A stretch of DNA of 52,841 nucleotides, the filler included, from Mitosporidium daphniae (Eukaryota): NCBI RefSeq assembly GCF_000760515.2. It is 2 parts of 2 records of this genome, joined end to end, with 100 filler letters (N's around TTAATTAATTAA, not from the genome) between each part and the next. Parts side by side here need not be neighbours in the genome. Positions count along the whole stretch, not along the records: positions 26,545 to 52,841 come from NW_013546153.1; 1 more part is not named here. One strand, written 5' to 3'. Shown here in pieces: positions 33,479-44,746 of this stretch. Every line of letters begins with the position of its first letter. Position 1 is the first letter of the stretch. The position numbers were made by a program, and so were the translations under genes. The notes under the pieces were generated by a model. The model was not told the origin of the DNA. It saw nothing but the letters and a program-made list of their open reading frames with translations, and searched no databases.

Positions 33479-35707
33479 ATGAGCTGCTCTTCAGAACATG
33501 ACACTGCGGAGTTTAACGGGGATGAAGCGATGGAATTTTCGTTTAAAAAAATTCTCGTCATATATACCGGCGGTACTATTGGGATGAAGTGGACAAAAAA
33601 TAAGGGATACATCCCATCTCCAGGATATTTTTATTCCGAGCTCTCCAATCTCTCCATAGCCAATGACCAAAAGTTTTTGCGCTGGATCTGTTCAAGCCAC
33701 AGAGGCTACGAATCTCCGTCTGACAAATTGTACTTGGGGCCTGAACATCATGTTTTTCCAGAGAAAACCACATTGTCGCCTTGGCTTGTACTACCCTCAC
33801 CATACGAAAGCAGAGAGGAGACAATTTTTTCGTCCTCAGTCTCTGCTTCGTCAGATGATGACGCCATTTTAGAGCAAAGGGTAATTTACAAGATATTGGA
33901 GCATGTGCCTTTGTTGGATTCTTCTAACATGAACATGGATGATTGGTTTTCCATTGCTTGCGACATAGAAACTTATTATCCATATTTTGATTCTTTTGTG
34001 GTCTTACACGGGACTGATACGATGGCCTATACGGCATCTGCACTTTCTTTTTTGCTCGAAAACTTGGGCAAGACCGTGGTTTTCACAGGCTCACAGGTGG
34101 ATTTTTTTCTGACCTTTTAGATACCTTTGGCCGAACCTAGAAACGATGCTCTCCACAACTTTATTGGTTCCATGACCATCGCTTCAAAGTACTGCATTCC
34201 AGAAGTCACCATTCTTTTTGGAAACAAGCTTTTCAGAGGCAATAGGGTGACAAAATTCAACGCCATGGATTTCAATGCATTTTCGTCCCACAACATGACT
34301 CCGTTAGCAGAATTGGGCGTTGATATTCGTAAAATCGCTTATTAATTTTAGGTGTCGATTGGAGCGCAGTTATTAAGCCTTCATCGATGTCAAAATTTAA
34401 TGTCCAGAAGAACATTAATCCGAACGTCTCTATCCTTCGTCTATTTCCGGGCATACCGACGCCGGTGGTTGAGTCCTTTTTAAAGCCCCCAATTCGTGGC
34501 GTTGTTCTGGAAACATTTGGAACAGGAAATGCACCGACAAATCGCCCAGAACTTCTTCGTCTTTTTAAAGAGGCAGCAGAAAGAGATGTTGTGATTATAA
34601 ACATAAGCCAATGTGGGAAGGGAATCGTCCAAAATGAGCTATATGAAACCGGCCGCTTTCTCTCCTCATTTGGAATTGTCCCTGGAGGAGATATGACCGT
34701 TGAGTGCGCCATTACGAAGCTGGCTTATCTGTTGGGAAAGGAATCTCCACATCTTTCGATGTCAAAAATCCGTCAGCTTTTAGGAACAAGCCTTTGTGGC
34801 GAGTTGACGATGCCGATCACTCGACCAATATATTCGGTACATGACCACCAGCAAACGCATACTATTTTGGGAGATGAGGAGCATTTGTTAAAGCTGTGTG
34901 TCAAGGCAACCAACGAGGACTCTGAATCTATCATTGTTCCTGCTGTTTTTGAGCGGCTAGTTTCTCAAGGTGCCGTCAAGGTCCTTCAAAATATCCAGCA
35001 AGAGTTCCCAATTTTGTTTTCTCGCTGGATTCTTCTCCCAATTGGAGGAGAAAAGTCCACAAAGACTCTTCTGCACCTTGCTGCATCATTAGGAAACCCA
35101 GAAACCGTTTGTTTCCTGCTCCAAAACGGCCTCTCGGTTCACACTCTTGATGATGAATTCCGAACCCCGGTAAGAATGGTATCGTTTTTAACTTTATCTA
35201 GTTGGCACTTGCTCTTACAAAGGGGCATATCAAAACATCTGAGCTAATCATGAATACTGGGGGAATTATCAACCAACAGTCTCAAATGTTAGTCCTTTCC
35301 GCTCTGTCAAGGTACAAAACTTCCAATGTCCAATAACCTTCCTACCATTAGAGCAATACGTGCAAAGAAGAACGCCCTGGTACTTCTTATTTGCAAGACA
35401 AATATAAGTCTGGGGATGGCATTTGATATGGAGCAGCGTACCATTCTTCACGTGGTATCGTTATTGCAATAAATACGGTAGATTGCGCTGCGCCTTCCAT
35501 CGGCTTGTTCCTCGGCACTGCTTGACATTATCTTAGACGCGTTTCGATCTCCCACGGCGCTTGAAAAAGCCTTGCAAAAAAAGGACGTTTATGGAAATAC
35601 GCCCGTAGATGTATGTGTTCATATCCTTTTCATAACTATAGAACGCTCGGGCGGCCAATTTTGAATACGCACTGAACCGATTTCTCGAATGCACGAATAA
35701 TAAATAA
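33479..35707 (+). CDS. Type I L-asparaginase with C-terminal ankyrin repeats (ASPG/60-kDa lysophospholipase type)
   Basis: IYTGGTIGM, LLDSSNM, HGTDTMAY, TGSQ and ETFGTGNAP motifs; TLLHLAA and GNTP ankyrin motifs; about 6 short introns (3' exons less certain). Confidence 0.9.
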
Positions 35708-35780
35708 CATGTAACGTGTATTTATACTTTGATCGACTTGAAATATTTTGCCGTTTAGGTAGGTTTTATTTACGCCTAGC

Positions 35781-35947
35781 ATTGGCTAAAATGTGATGTC
35801 CCATTGGAGCTAATTTATCATGATGGATCACTAAAATTGCTCTCAAATTGGTAAATTAACGGATGTAGATTTTAATTGGCTTCACATATGGGGCCAAAGG
35901 CTTCGATTGGCTCAAAGGAAATTTCTAATTATGCACCTTTTAATTGG
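35781..35947 (+). promoter_or_regulatory. Cluster of six co-oriented inverted CCAAT boxes (ATTGG)
   Basis: ATTGG at 35781, 35803, 35847, 35875, 35906 and 35943, directly upstream of ATG 35968. Confidence 0.55.
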
Positions 35948-35967
35948 CCGAAAAAGAGGAGACAGTA

Positions 35968-37038
35968 ATGAGATGCATGCATTCTTTTAATGAAATGCGA
36001 CCGCCCGAAGAGACATCATTCGCCCAGAGAGAAGAGAGACGGAGAAGAAGCTCTTCAGTGGTATTGATGGAGCAGGAGGAGACCCGACCACCCACACATC
36101 CACTTGCAAATCTTTTGGCCTCATCGACCATCGGCACGAACCACAATCATATGGTTGTCCTGAACGATGAGCTTGCACCAATAAGGCTCCATCGTATGAG
36201 GCTTTCCCCACCACCGTCGCCAGCGATTGAGTCTGCAATGGTCATCCAGGATGATACACAGCAGCTAATGCTGCTCTCTGCACGTAGAAGTGATAATCAG
36301 GCATCGTCTACACCTGCCTCGCACAGAGGGATATCTTTGATGCAATTTACGTCATCTCCGGTGTCCACCTCCTCAGGGTCGAGCCTTGGCTCATCTTCGT
36401 TTACTTCTTTGACGCAAGCGACACTCTTTGAGCGTGAGGTGCACGGTCAGGCACGGGCGCTTCTCAATGGCGCGCAAAGATCCGCACAGGATGAGGACAA
36501 CTATTTTCAGGCCAACGGTAGGACCGTGTTCTCACATTCTCAGAATGATGAAAATTTTCATCCTCATCACCGCCTTTTAGCCGGTTTACACAGTGGTGAT
36601 AATAGCATGTGTTCGATTGGATCAAACTCCTCGTGTTCTACGCTATCCTCTATTCTTAACCAGTATGCTGAACCTACATCGTCGGCAACGATTCTGTCCT
36701 CCAATGAAGAAGAGGACGATGACTTTGATGAAAACTCCCCATCAGCACTGGCGGCTTTCTTCCAACAACTCAGTCTGGCCACGATGGGCAGTCATGCCCA
36801 GGTGATCTTTCATGATGACCTGCTGTCCTTTATTCTGTCACAGCGTGTGCTGGAGCGCTCTGCATTCGCGAACAACGCGCTTGTGGAGGCATTACAGCTC
36901 TATCTCACACTGCCGATTGAATGCACATGTGGCATCCCAGACGACCACTGGACACTTTCAGCATGCAAATGCGCACAACGAGCAATCTGGCAGCTCAAGG
37001 AGCGTGTGTCGGACGCACCGCAGCCGCCCATCCGATGA
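35968..37038 (+). CDS. Uncharacterised Ser-rich protein with Cys/His-rich C-terminus
   Basis: 356-codon ORF; low-complexity body; C-terminal CTC..H...CKC. Confidence 0.65.
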   Translation: MRCMHSFNEMRPPEETSFAQREERRRRSSSVVLMEQEETRPPTHPLANLLASSTIGTNHNHMVVLNDELAPIRLHRMRLSPPPSPAIESAMVIQDDTQQLMLLSARRSDNQASSTPASHRGISLMQFTSSPVSTSSGSSLGSSSFTSLTQATLFEREVHGQARALLNGAQRSAQDEDNYFQANGRTVFSHSQNDENFHPHHRLLAGLHSGDNSMCSIGSNSSCSTLSSILNQYAEPTSSATILSSNEEEDDDFDENSPSALAAFFQQLSLATMGSHAQVIFHDDLLSFILSQRVLERSAFANNALVEALQLYLTLPIECTCGIPDDHWTLSACKCAQRAIWQLKERVSDAPQPPIR

Positions 37039-37120
37039 GGAGAGAAAGGGAGGAGGGAGGGAGGGGGCATTAAACTTAAAATCAGTAAAATTAAATTGTG
37101 GACCAAATTTAATAAGCGCA

Positions 37121-40100
37121 ATGGGCATAGAGCGCAATGGCAGTCCCGGGACCCCCGGATATGCCCACGATCAGTATATAGCGAATAAGAGCGTATCTGA
37201 AGCGACCTTTACACCAGAAGATGCGTTAAGTTTGTTTAAAGCCTCCAACAACGGCACCCAAAGTGCTTTGGCCCCAGAAGCTAGTCCAGAGCCATCTTTG
37301 ATACCATGTGATTCCATTTCAGACCTATCTGGATTGTTAAACGCAGCAAATGAAGGCCAAAAAAAGGCACAAAAATTAGCATCAGATGTGCCACAATATA
37401 TGCCAATGATGCAAGGTTCTGCCCTTGAGCTGCAACAACTTCGGCAATACGCAATCGACGGCTTTTGCACAGACACGGGCTTTCTTCATCAGCTCATGGC
37501 CCTCAAAACACAAATGGCATCCATGCAGCGCAGCATCACAGATATTCCGGTGTTAGAAGAGTCACTGGAGGCTGCGACACGGGAAAGCCACGCACAGCGG
37601 CGCCGAGCCACCGCCCTCGAGGCAGATCTTGATCGCCTCCGAATGGAGAATGGTGTACTTCAGCGGCGACTTATGGAACAGCATGCGCAAGATTCTGAAG
37701 AGCGCACTTTGCTTGCCACAGAACTGGAGACTCAACGAAGAATGGCAAGCGTGGCTCGCGCCTCGCTAAATACCCTCACCGTCAAAATGGAAGAGCAGGC
37801 ACAGGAAAGCGCGCGAATTCTTTCAGAGCAACAGACCCTCACACATGCAAACACACAGCTTGAGGCTCGATTCGAGGCACTTCAAGAGGCACATACTGCA
37901 CTACAAGCCACACATGCTACGCTTCTCGCTGCTGTTGACCTTGAACACGAACGTAATCAAGATGCCGCAATTGGAAACAAAACAGGAGGTTCCCACGGCC
38001 AAAAGGGCTCTTATGCACAATTATTGATGGAAAACATGGCTCTAGCGGCGCAGCTTACTGCAGAGCAAGCAGAGGGTAGCAGATTACAGGCCTGTCTTGC
38101 AGCCGTAGCAGCTTCTCTGGAGGAACACGCACCACAGCTTGCAGAGGGCGAAAGGGCACGCCAGCGCCTCGATGCCCTCGCAATAGAGTTTGAAGAAGTG
38201 CTGGAGAGTAGCCAAACAGCAGCAGCACAGCTGGAGGTGGTCAGCGCAGAAAGACAACAGCTGGAGCGAGAAGGCCGTCAGCTACGTGCCTATATTATGG
38301 ACCTCGAGCGACAAGTGCGCGTACTGCTGTCCCAGATTGAAGGTATCCCTGCAGAGCATGAACCTCAGCAAGGTGCCACTTTTCGTAACATTTCCGAACT
38401 GCAAGAACGCAACAGCGAGCTCTTGCAAACAGTCCATAAGCTTTCAGCCGCCCTTGAGTCCACTCAAGCTAATATAGCTGCTTCGGCAGCAAGTAGAGAC
38501 GTTCCCATTGGATCGTCCATGGATACAGAGGTCAGCATAGACGAAAAGTCATCTCTTCGCAACAATTTCTCTGTCAATGCTGTGAATGATTCTCCGAAAC
38601 CATCTTCGGATATTTTGGCTTTGCAGTCTGCGAAATCTTCGGAGCTGGAGCGGCGTATTGCAACTCTGAAAGAAGAGCTTTCTTCGTTGCAGGTAGCGCT
38701 TTCTCGACGTGATGAAAATGTTGCTTCATTAGAAGCGGCTCTAATACGACGTGACCAAGATGCCGCATCACTACGGGACGCATTGTATGATGCACTTACA
38801 CATTCAGAATCGATGCGACTTGAATTGGGGCATGTACAACGTGCAGCACTCGATGCAAAGGCTGCAGCTGCAGCGTTACAGGCAGAGGCTGCGGCTACCG
38901 GAGCCGAGCTTCGACTGACACAATCTTCTATCGCTTTTATGGCGACAGGACATGCAGAAGAAAGAGCTTCTCTCCACACTGCACTCTCGTTACTGGAACG
39001 CAGACTTGCTGATGCAGAGCATGCATATGCGGCCGAAAGGCAGGATGCTACTTGTAGGCTACAGATGCTGGAGGACTCTGAGGCGGCGCTTCGCGCTTCA
39101 CTCAGCGATTCTGAAAGACTTGTTAGAGCCACGACACGTAGCTCCACTGAAAGTGAGGCTTTAATTCGCGAAGAACGCATGAATGCACAGCGAGAAATAG
39201 AAATTCTGCGCGGACGCCTCGCCACTGCAGAAGCCGAGCTGGTTGAAAGCCAACGTCGCTTGGAAGCCACAGAGGGCCGTCTTGATCTTGTCCTCGGACG
39301 ACAACCAAACAAGGGCATGCTAGATGATATTCCCTTATCTCCGTCTCATCGAGAACCTACAATATCTAGTCGGGATTCCTTTCCATTTCATGTGGAGCCA
39401 TATCCATATGGGGATGACGCATCTCAAAACTCGGATACCAAGGACTCTGCGATGCCCAAAGGCCAAGCACCATCAGGCGCACCGCAATTGGCGCGCAAAT
39501 ATTTGCGTATGGCAGAGGAGGCAATGGCATTGCGTGAAGCACAAGCAGAAGCGGCAACTAACCTTCGTGCTTCAGAAGATTTAGTTCTCCAATTGCAAGA
39601 AGAGCTTGCAACAGCACGAAAAGAAGCGCTTGCTCAGGATGAACGTATTTCTATTCAAGAGGCACTTGTTAAACGCTACGAAAATGATCTTGAGGCCTAT
39701 AGGCGCTCAGAGAGACTTTCTATGGAGCAATGCGCCACCATGGAGCGGCTTCGGGAAGAGCTAGACGAGGCGCGGCGCACTCATAGCCTTCTTGCCAGTG
39801 AACATGCAGCGCTTCTGGTGCGTGATCGTGAGCATGCTGCTGCACTAGCTCAGGCCAAGAGTGAACTTGCAGACGCACAGACGGAAACTACAACGCTTCG
39901 CGCCACCATAGACGCTGTGGCAGGCGAGAGAGATGCTGCTGAGGCTGCCTCCCGCGCCCTTGTTGCGGCCACGAAGAATGAAAACGGACCCCATCGATCT
40001 GGAAGTGGCTTTTCCACAGAGATTGCCGCGCTAGAAATTGCTGCTCTCGAGGTAGAGGCACAGCGGTTACGAATGGCAGTTAGGCGGCTAGAGGCTGCCC

Positions 40101-41464
40101 TGGCTGAAGCGCGCCAGCGGCGCGACGATGCTAAAGATGTTGCTGGAAATGCCGTCGAGCTTCAAGCGCAACTCAGAGTGATCCTTGATTCGAACATGCT
40201 ACTTCGTGATCAGGTCCAACATATTGAGGCTACACTCCATGAAAAAGAGGCCGAGCTCAAGGAGAAAACTGCACAGCTAGAAGTTGTATCGTTGAACTTG
40301 CGTGAAAAAAGCACCAAGCTCCAAGAGACCGATGCTAAAGTATCTGCATTGCGGGAAAAAGTTTCGGCGCTTCAGAAGCGGATCTCAGAGTTTGGTATGC
40401 GAGAAGCTAAACTTGTCGAGAGAGAGTCATTGGGTGAAACCAAAGATGCAGAGCTTGAAGGCCTGCGCGAAAAGATGGCAGGGTTAGAGGACACTCTGCG
40501 CCTCAAGTCGCAACGTATCGAGTCTATCTTGGAAAAATATCGTGTGCTCAAGCAAGGCTTTCTCGATGAAAAGGCTGCTTTAGAACAGCGTCTCGCGCAC
40601 CTCACCATGGAGCTATCTGAGGCTACGAAAAATTCTCAGGACCAGCCATCGATTGAGGGTCAAGAAGCGGTCTCCTCCCAATCTAACCCTGCTGCAGATG
40701 CTGTTCCCGAGGCCTCCACGTCTTCGATTTTGTCTTTAACGCCTTCTTTTCAGCCAAGCTCGAATTCTACCTTTGAGCCCAAATCCACTACACAATCTTT
40801 ATCCTTACCACAGCCTGTTGTTGACACAGAGCCCGATCAAAGTATTGAACACTCAGCCGCAGAACGCGATCAAAGTATTGAACACTTGGCCCCAGAGCGC
40901 GAAAATGCCAAAGTATTATCGATATCGACACCTGGCCATATGGAATCACCAGATTCCATCCATCCTCTCAGCGACTTTCAGCCTCCAGATTTTCCAGATT
41001 TTTCAGCCCCTGCTGACAGCATCCCCCCTACACATTTTAGCCCGGTCTGTGAGCCAGTTGACGATTTCCAGTCCTCAGAAACAGATCAGCCCGAAATAGA
41101 ATCAATCACAGCCCAGACAGAGCAGGATTCATCTCTCTCTGCGACTTCTGCCGCTTTGGCTTCTGACAAGACCACAACCATTGACTCTTCGGTTGAGACA
41201 CAACTGCTTTTGCGGCAAGAAGAGATTAAGCAAAGGTTGCTGAAACGTCTCTCTGACCGCCAACAAGCCGAGAGCAATGGAATTAACGTAGACAAACGAC
41301 CGTTTCAGCGGATTACGCCACCGGAATTTGCGGATGGAATGGCAGCATCCAGCGATAGCCCACCGGGACTTGCTTCCATCCTTAATCCCTACCTTAAGCG
41401 GTCGAAAAGCGGCGGTCTGACACGCGCAGCCGGGGTTCCCAAAAGAGGAAAAAAGAAAAAGTAA
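37121..41464 (+). CDS. TPR/Mlp1 nuclear-basket coiled-coil protein
   Basis: DLERQVRVLL, TFRNISELQERNSELL and LDSNMLLRDQ match TPR/Mlp motifs; disordered tail ending in basic NLS-like KRGKKKK. Confidence 0.82.
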   Translation: MGIERNGSPGTPGYAHDQYIANKSVSEATFTPEDALSLFKASNNGTQSALAPEASPEPSLIPCDSISDLSGLLNAANEGQKKAQKLASDVPQYMPMMQGSALELQQLRQYAIDGFCTDTGFLHQLMALKTQMASMQRSITDIPVLEESLEAATRESHAQRRRATALEADLDRLRMENGVLQRRLMEQHAQDSEERTLLATELETQRRMASVARASLNTLTVKMEEQAQESARILSEQQTLTHANTQLEARFEALQEAHTALQATHATLLAAVDLEHERNQDAAIGNKTGGSHGQKGSYAQLLMENMALAAQLTAEQAEGSRLQACLAAVAASLEEHAPQLAEGERARQRLDALAIEFEEVLESSQTAAAQLEVVSAERQQLEREGRQLRAYIMDLERQVRVLLSQIEGIPAEHEPQQGATFRNISELQERNSELLQTVHKLSAALESTQANIAASAASRDVPIGSSMDTEVSIDEKSSLRNNFSVNAVNDSPKPSSDILALQSAKSSELERRIATLKEELSSLQVALSRRDENVASLEAALIRRDQDAASLRDALYDALTHSESMRLELGHVQRAALDAKAAAAALQAEAAATGAELRLTQSSIAFMATGHAEERASLHTALSLLERRLADAEHAYAAERQDATCRLQMLEDSEAALRASLSDSERLVRATTRSSTESEALIREERMNAQREIEILRGRLATAEAELVESQRRLEATEGRLDLVLGRQPNKGMLDDIPLSPSHREPTISSRDSFPFHVEPYPYGDDASQNSDTKDSAMPKGQAPSGAPQLARKYLRMAEEAMALREAQAEAATNLRASEDLVLQLQEELATARKEALAQDERISIQEALVKRYENDLEAYRRSERLSMEQCATMERLREELDEARRTHSLLASEHAALLVRDREHAAALAQAKSELADAQTETTTLRATIDAVAGERDAAEAASRALVAATKNENGPHRSGSGFSTEIAALEIAALEVEAQRLRMAVRRLEAALAEARQRRDDAKDVAGNAVELQAQLRVILDSNMLLRDQVQHIEATLHEKEAELKEKTAQLEVVSLNLREKSTKLQETDAKVSALREKVSALQKRISEFGMREAKLVERESLGETKDAELEGLREKMAGLEDTLRLKSQRIESILEKYRVLKQGFLDEKAALEQRLAHLTMELSEATKNSQDQPSIEGQEAVSSQSNPAADAVPEASTSSILSLTPSFQPSSNSTFEPKSTTQSLSLPQPVVDTEPDQSIEHSAAERDQSIEHLAPERENAKVLSISTPGHMESPDSIHPLSDFQPPDFPDFSAPADSIPPTHFSPVCEPVDDFQSSETDQPEIESITAQTEQDSSLSATSAALASDKTTTIDSSVETQLLLRQEEIKQRLLKRLSDRQQAESNGINVDKRPFQRITPPEFADGMAASSDSPPGLASILNPYLKRSKSGGLTRAAGVPKRGKKKK

Positions 41465-41611
41465 GCCAAAATAGAGACCCGCTGCTGGTTAATAAAAGCT
41501 AAGCTGACATTTAAAACCTGTCACTGATGCGATCTTAATAAGTAAGCAGTCATATATTGGAGTCCATTGCTAGCTCGTTCCATGCCTAAATTTACAATTT
41601 GATTTTGCAGA

Positions 41612-42333
41612 ATGCGGAGCGCGTTTGTAACTGTTGGCTCTACACGCTTTGATGAGCTCATCCAAGCCGCGCTAGATCATCAAATATTGCACACGGGCTT
41701 TTATCAGAATCTAGGCATCGATCGTATTATCATCCAGACCGGCAGTTATTTTCCTGCCGATCCACTCGCCCTGCTAGATGCCAGGGAAATTACAAATCAC
41801 GTTCAAGTAACTAGCGAGAAGAATTCTGTAACGTCGAATGTAGCGTCTAATGACGGGAAAGCGGGCATCCGGGTTTTTACTGTGCCTGGAACGACCATTG
41901 AGATCCAAAGTATGTTTTTTGTTTGGATGTAGTTTTTTCCTATGCGCCTAGCCTCGCTGCATGGATAGAACATGCAACACTAACCCTTTCGCATTGCGGT
42001 ACCATTCCTAGCTGAATATAGGCGCGGGAAGCATTCTAGAAGTGTTGCGAGCACGCCGGTCACTTATCGTGATGGCAAATGCGCGGCTGGCAGATGATCA
42101 TCAACGCCAACTCGTAGATGCAATGGCAGGACGGTATCTCCTTGCTGCAAAATGCTACAGGTACATGTGTCAATTTATCGCCTCATCAACATAGGTATAG
42201 CGACGAAATTTTATTGATTAGAGAACTTCAGACGCTTCTGTGTGATTCAATGCTTCAAGCGCGATTAGATGCTTTGGAGCAGTATCCACAGGCCGATCCA
42301 ACGCCTTTTTACTCTCTCCTCAACAATGGATGA
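41612..42333 (+). CDS. ALG13: UDP-GlcNAc transferase catalytic subunit ALG13
   Basis: FVTVGSTRFDELI, IQTG, SHCGAGSILE and N..L.DDHQ motifs after removing three short introns (23, 23, 34 nt). Confidence 0.92.
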
Positions 42334-42343
42334 TCAAGCATAG

Positions 42344-43828
42344 ATGATTGGGTTACCAATAAATTTCATTCATAATGGCTCTAAGGCTTGTGAAAGAAGT
42401 GGAAGTTGCTGTGAATCCATGCCTGATTGGCTGCTGATTCGAATCACCTCGATTCATCAGTTTTTAATGGCGACAAGGCTTTCAAATGATGACGCGGTGG
42501 CCCTTTTCCCATGGACTATTGTGGCGCAGCGCTGCGAGCTACTCTGGCGCTTTGGTCTCGTCAATAGGATGGCTGTCTTTCTTGTGCAACGCGTACTCCC
42601 CGCCATTCAGCGTTCACTGAATTCAGATAAAGGCGATGTCGCCAAACGTCTGTTTTGGACCAGTTTTCTTGCGAATCTTGTAATCTTTTTTCGATCTGCG
42701 CTGATTGTTCCAGCACATGGGCTCGCTATTGGGCGCTATAACCCCAAATTACCGAATGAAGCCATTGTGCAATGTAGGTATTGTGCTTCAGCTGAATTCC
42801 GTAAAGTCTCCTCGTCTAGCTGTCATGAATGTATTTTTGATGCCCAGTTAACTTATATAAGCAAGCAATCCTTGGAGAATATCCGCAAAAGCCTGATTAA
42901 GGTCACGGTCGTTGTGCTGCTTCGGATTGTCGGCGAGACCATAGCGGAGTTTGAAGTTATCCAAACATACAGAAATGCCTTTCCGTTGATGCACCGCTAT
43001 CGGATGCCTGCATCAATGACAAAAAAACTGACCATGTTATGGCTCACGGTTGCCTTAAAAGACGCATTTAACCAGTTGCTTGATATATCTTCAACAGCCT
43101 TTGTTAATGTGCCAACAGAGGGCGAGGTTGCTAATATATTCCCTGTCGCTATGGATGTTTTGAGGCAGTATTTTCCAGCTAGTAAATGTCTCATTACTGT
43201 GGCTGGGGTCAAAAGCATGCTCGCAGAGGGCGAGGCAGCTTTCCGGAGTCGCCTAAGACGACTAGCTATACAAAGTTCAAAACGCTGGGTCAGAGAAATG
43301 GATTATTCTGATCAGAGCTTAGTTTATGAAGGAATGCCACAAGGTATTTTCCTACGTGGAGAGAAAAAAATATCTGCACTTTCTGTATTTCTGATGCTTG
43401 GGAAACTTGTACAACTGGAGGCTCTTGTAGCGTCGCTGAGACAAACATCAACGGCAACGGCATTATATTCAGCATTAGCAGGATATTATCTTTTGCTGCC
43501 GCCGCAGATTCTACACGTTCTCAGCAAATACAAAGACGTAGAGAAATCTGTGTTCTACGCTTATCATAGGAACGTGGTACAACCATGGCGTAGAAAGGTC
43601 ATGGAAATGTCACGGATAGGTTCCCTCTATCGTATGATGAAAGATACGAAAACACATCCTCTTGAAAGTGGTCTAAGAACTAGCAGCTACAAAAGAGAAT
43701 ATCCGCCTCCTACACTTCTTTCCAGGGCCCTCAAGTACCATGAGATGCACGGTGCTTTTGAGCCACCCCTGAAAGAATCTGTGCGATTATGCCCAGGTGC
43801 ACTTTATGGTTTCGAAACCGATATATAA
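42344..43828 (+). CDS. Uncharacterised protein with CxxC-x12-CxxC (start codon uncertain)
   Basis: 494-codon intronless ORF; CRYC...CHEC motif. Confidence 0.65.
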   Translation: MIGLPINFIHNGSKACERSGSCCESMPDWLLIRITSIHQFLMATRLSNDDAVALFPWTIVAQRCELLWRFGLVNRMAVFLVQRVLPAIQRSLNSDKGDVAKRLFWTSFLANLVIFFRSALIVPAHGLAIGRYNPKLPNEAIVQCRYCASAEFRKVSSSSCHECIFDAQLTYISKQSLENIRKSLIKVTVVVLLRIVGETIAEFEVIQTYRNAFPLMHRYRMPASMTKKLTMLWLTVALKDAFNQLLDISSTAFVNVPTEGEVANIFPVAMDVLRQYFPASKCLITVAGVKSMLAEGEAAFRSRLRRLAIQSSKRWVREMDYSDQSLVYEGMPQGIFLRGEKKISALSVFLMLGKLVQLEALVASLRQTSTATALYSALAGYYLLLPPQILHVLSKYKDVEKSVFYAYHRNVVQPWRRKVMEMSRIGSLYRMMKDTKTHPLESGLRTSSYKREYPPPTLLSRALKYHEMHGAFEPPLKESVRLCPGALYGFETDI

Positions 43829-44746
43829 ACGGCCAGAACTGCTTGATTATTAATTGACTAGATTTGTGCACCTCATAAATACTTAATACTTGGCTTTTAC
43901 GACTATTGAAAGCCTAGTTGCCGTACTTGCAATTCGTGCCGTTTTGACATTTTGTCTTTCGGCTAAGGATGTTCTTCATGTATTGAAGCAAAACAGATCC
44001 CCATCAAAGGTAAATGGTGCAGATAATCAGAATTGCATTGAACTTACCACCCGGGTCAAGGCTAGGGGTTTATCACACTATTAGAAAGGCGACATTTTGA
44101 TTCTTGCCATAGGGGTCGCGACGCAATTTTTAATCTTCAGCCAAAGATTTAATTTATCCTAGTTTAGGGGTAAGTTGATTCTAGATCAAACTCCAGTCTT
44201 TGATCCAGAAAGAATCTTCATCACTTTTGGGATCAATTTATTGAGGCATTATCGATTGACGATTGCAGCCAGCTAATTCGACTATTTAATAGGTTGACTG
44301 ACCAATCTAAAATTTAGAAAAGCTTAGATCTGGAGTGAATATTGAGCTTTAGCTAAGGCAGGCTATGCTAAAGTTCGCCCCTAACTCCGTATTTTCAACC
44401 ATCTTGAAAATCGTTTATTACCTGGACCATAAAGCACGCAAGTAAGACAGACGGGTAATTAAATTTTGGGAGTTTAATTTCGCAGATCCGGAATTATTGA
44501 ATTTAACATTTTCACTGGATGCACAATTTCCGGTGCAAAACAGTAAATAAAAGCCAGAAAATCTCATTCCCAAATTGTCAACTCAATGGAAGTTCAAAAA
44601 AGCATATTTCTCATAGCTTTCATTGCATTTCGCTCTTCATTTAATCAGCGCTAGTCTTTATGGAAAATGAAAAGAAATACTAGCAATGATATGAAGGTTA
44701 GCTAAAAGGACAGGAAAAGACACCAACGATAATTCAAACTTTCGTT

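Noticed and set aside
38464..39318. 284-aa antisense ORF and many other shadow ORFs
   Set aside because: Expected by-product of GC-rich coiled-coil codon usage on the opposite strand.
40834..40899. 33-nt tandem duplication (DQSIEH twice)
   Set aside because: Ordinary in-frame duplication in a disordered protein tail; only two units, so not CRISPR-like.
44410..44470. TTACCTGG plus Sm-like AATTTTGG suggesting U1 snRNA
   Set aside because: Lacks ACTTACC and the U1-70K/U1A loops, and the spacing is too short.
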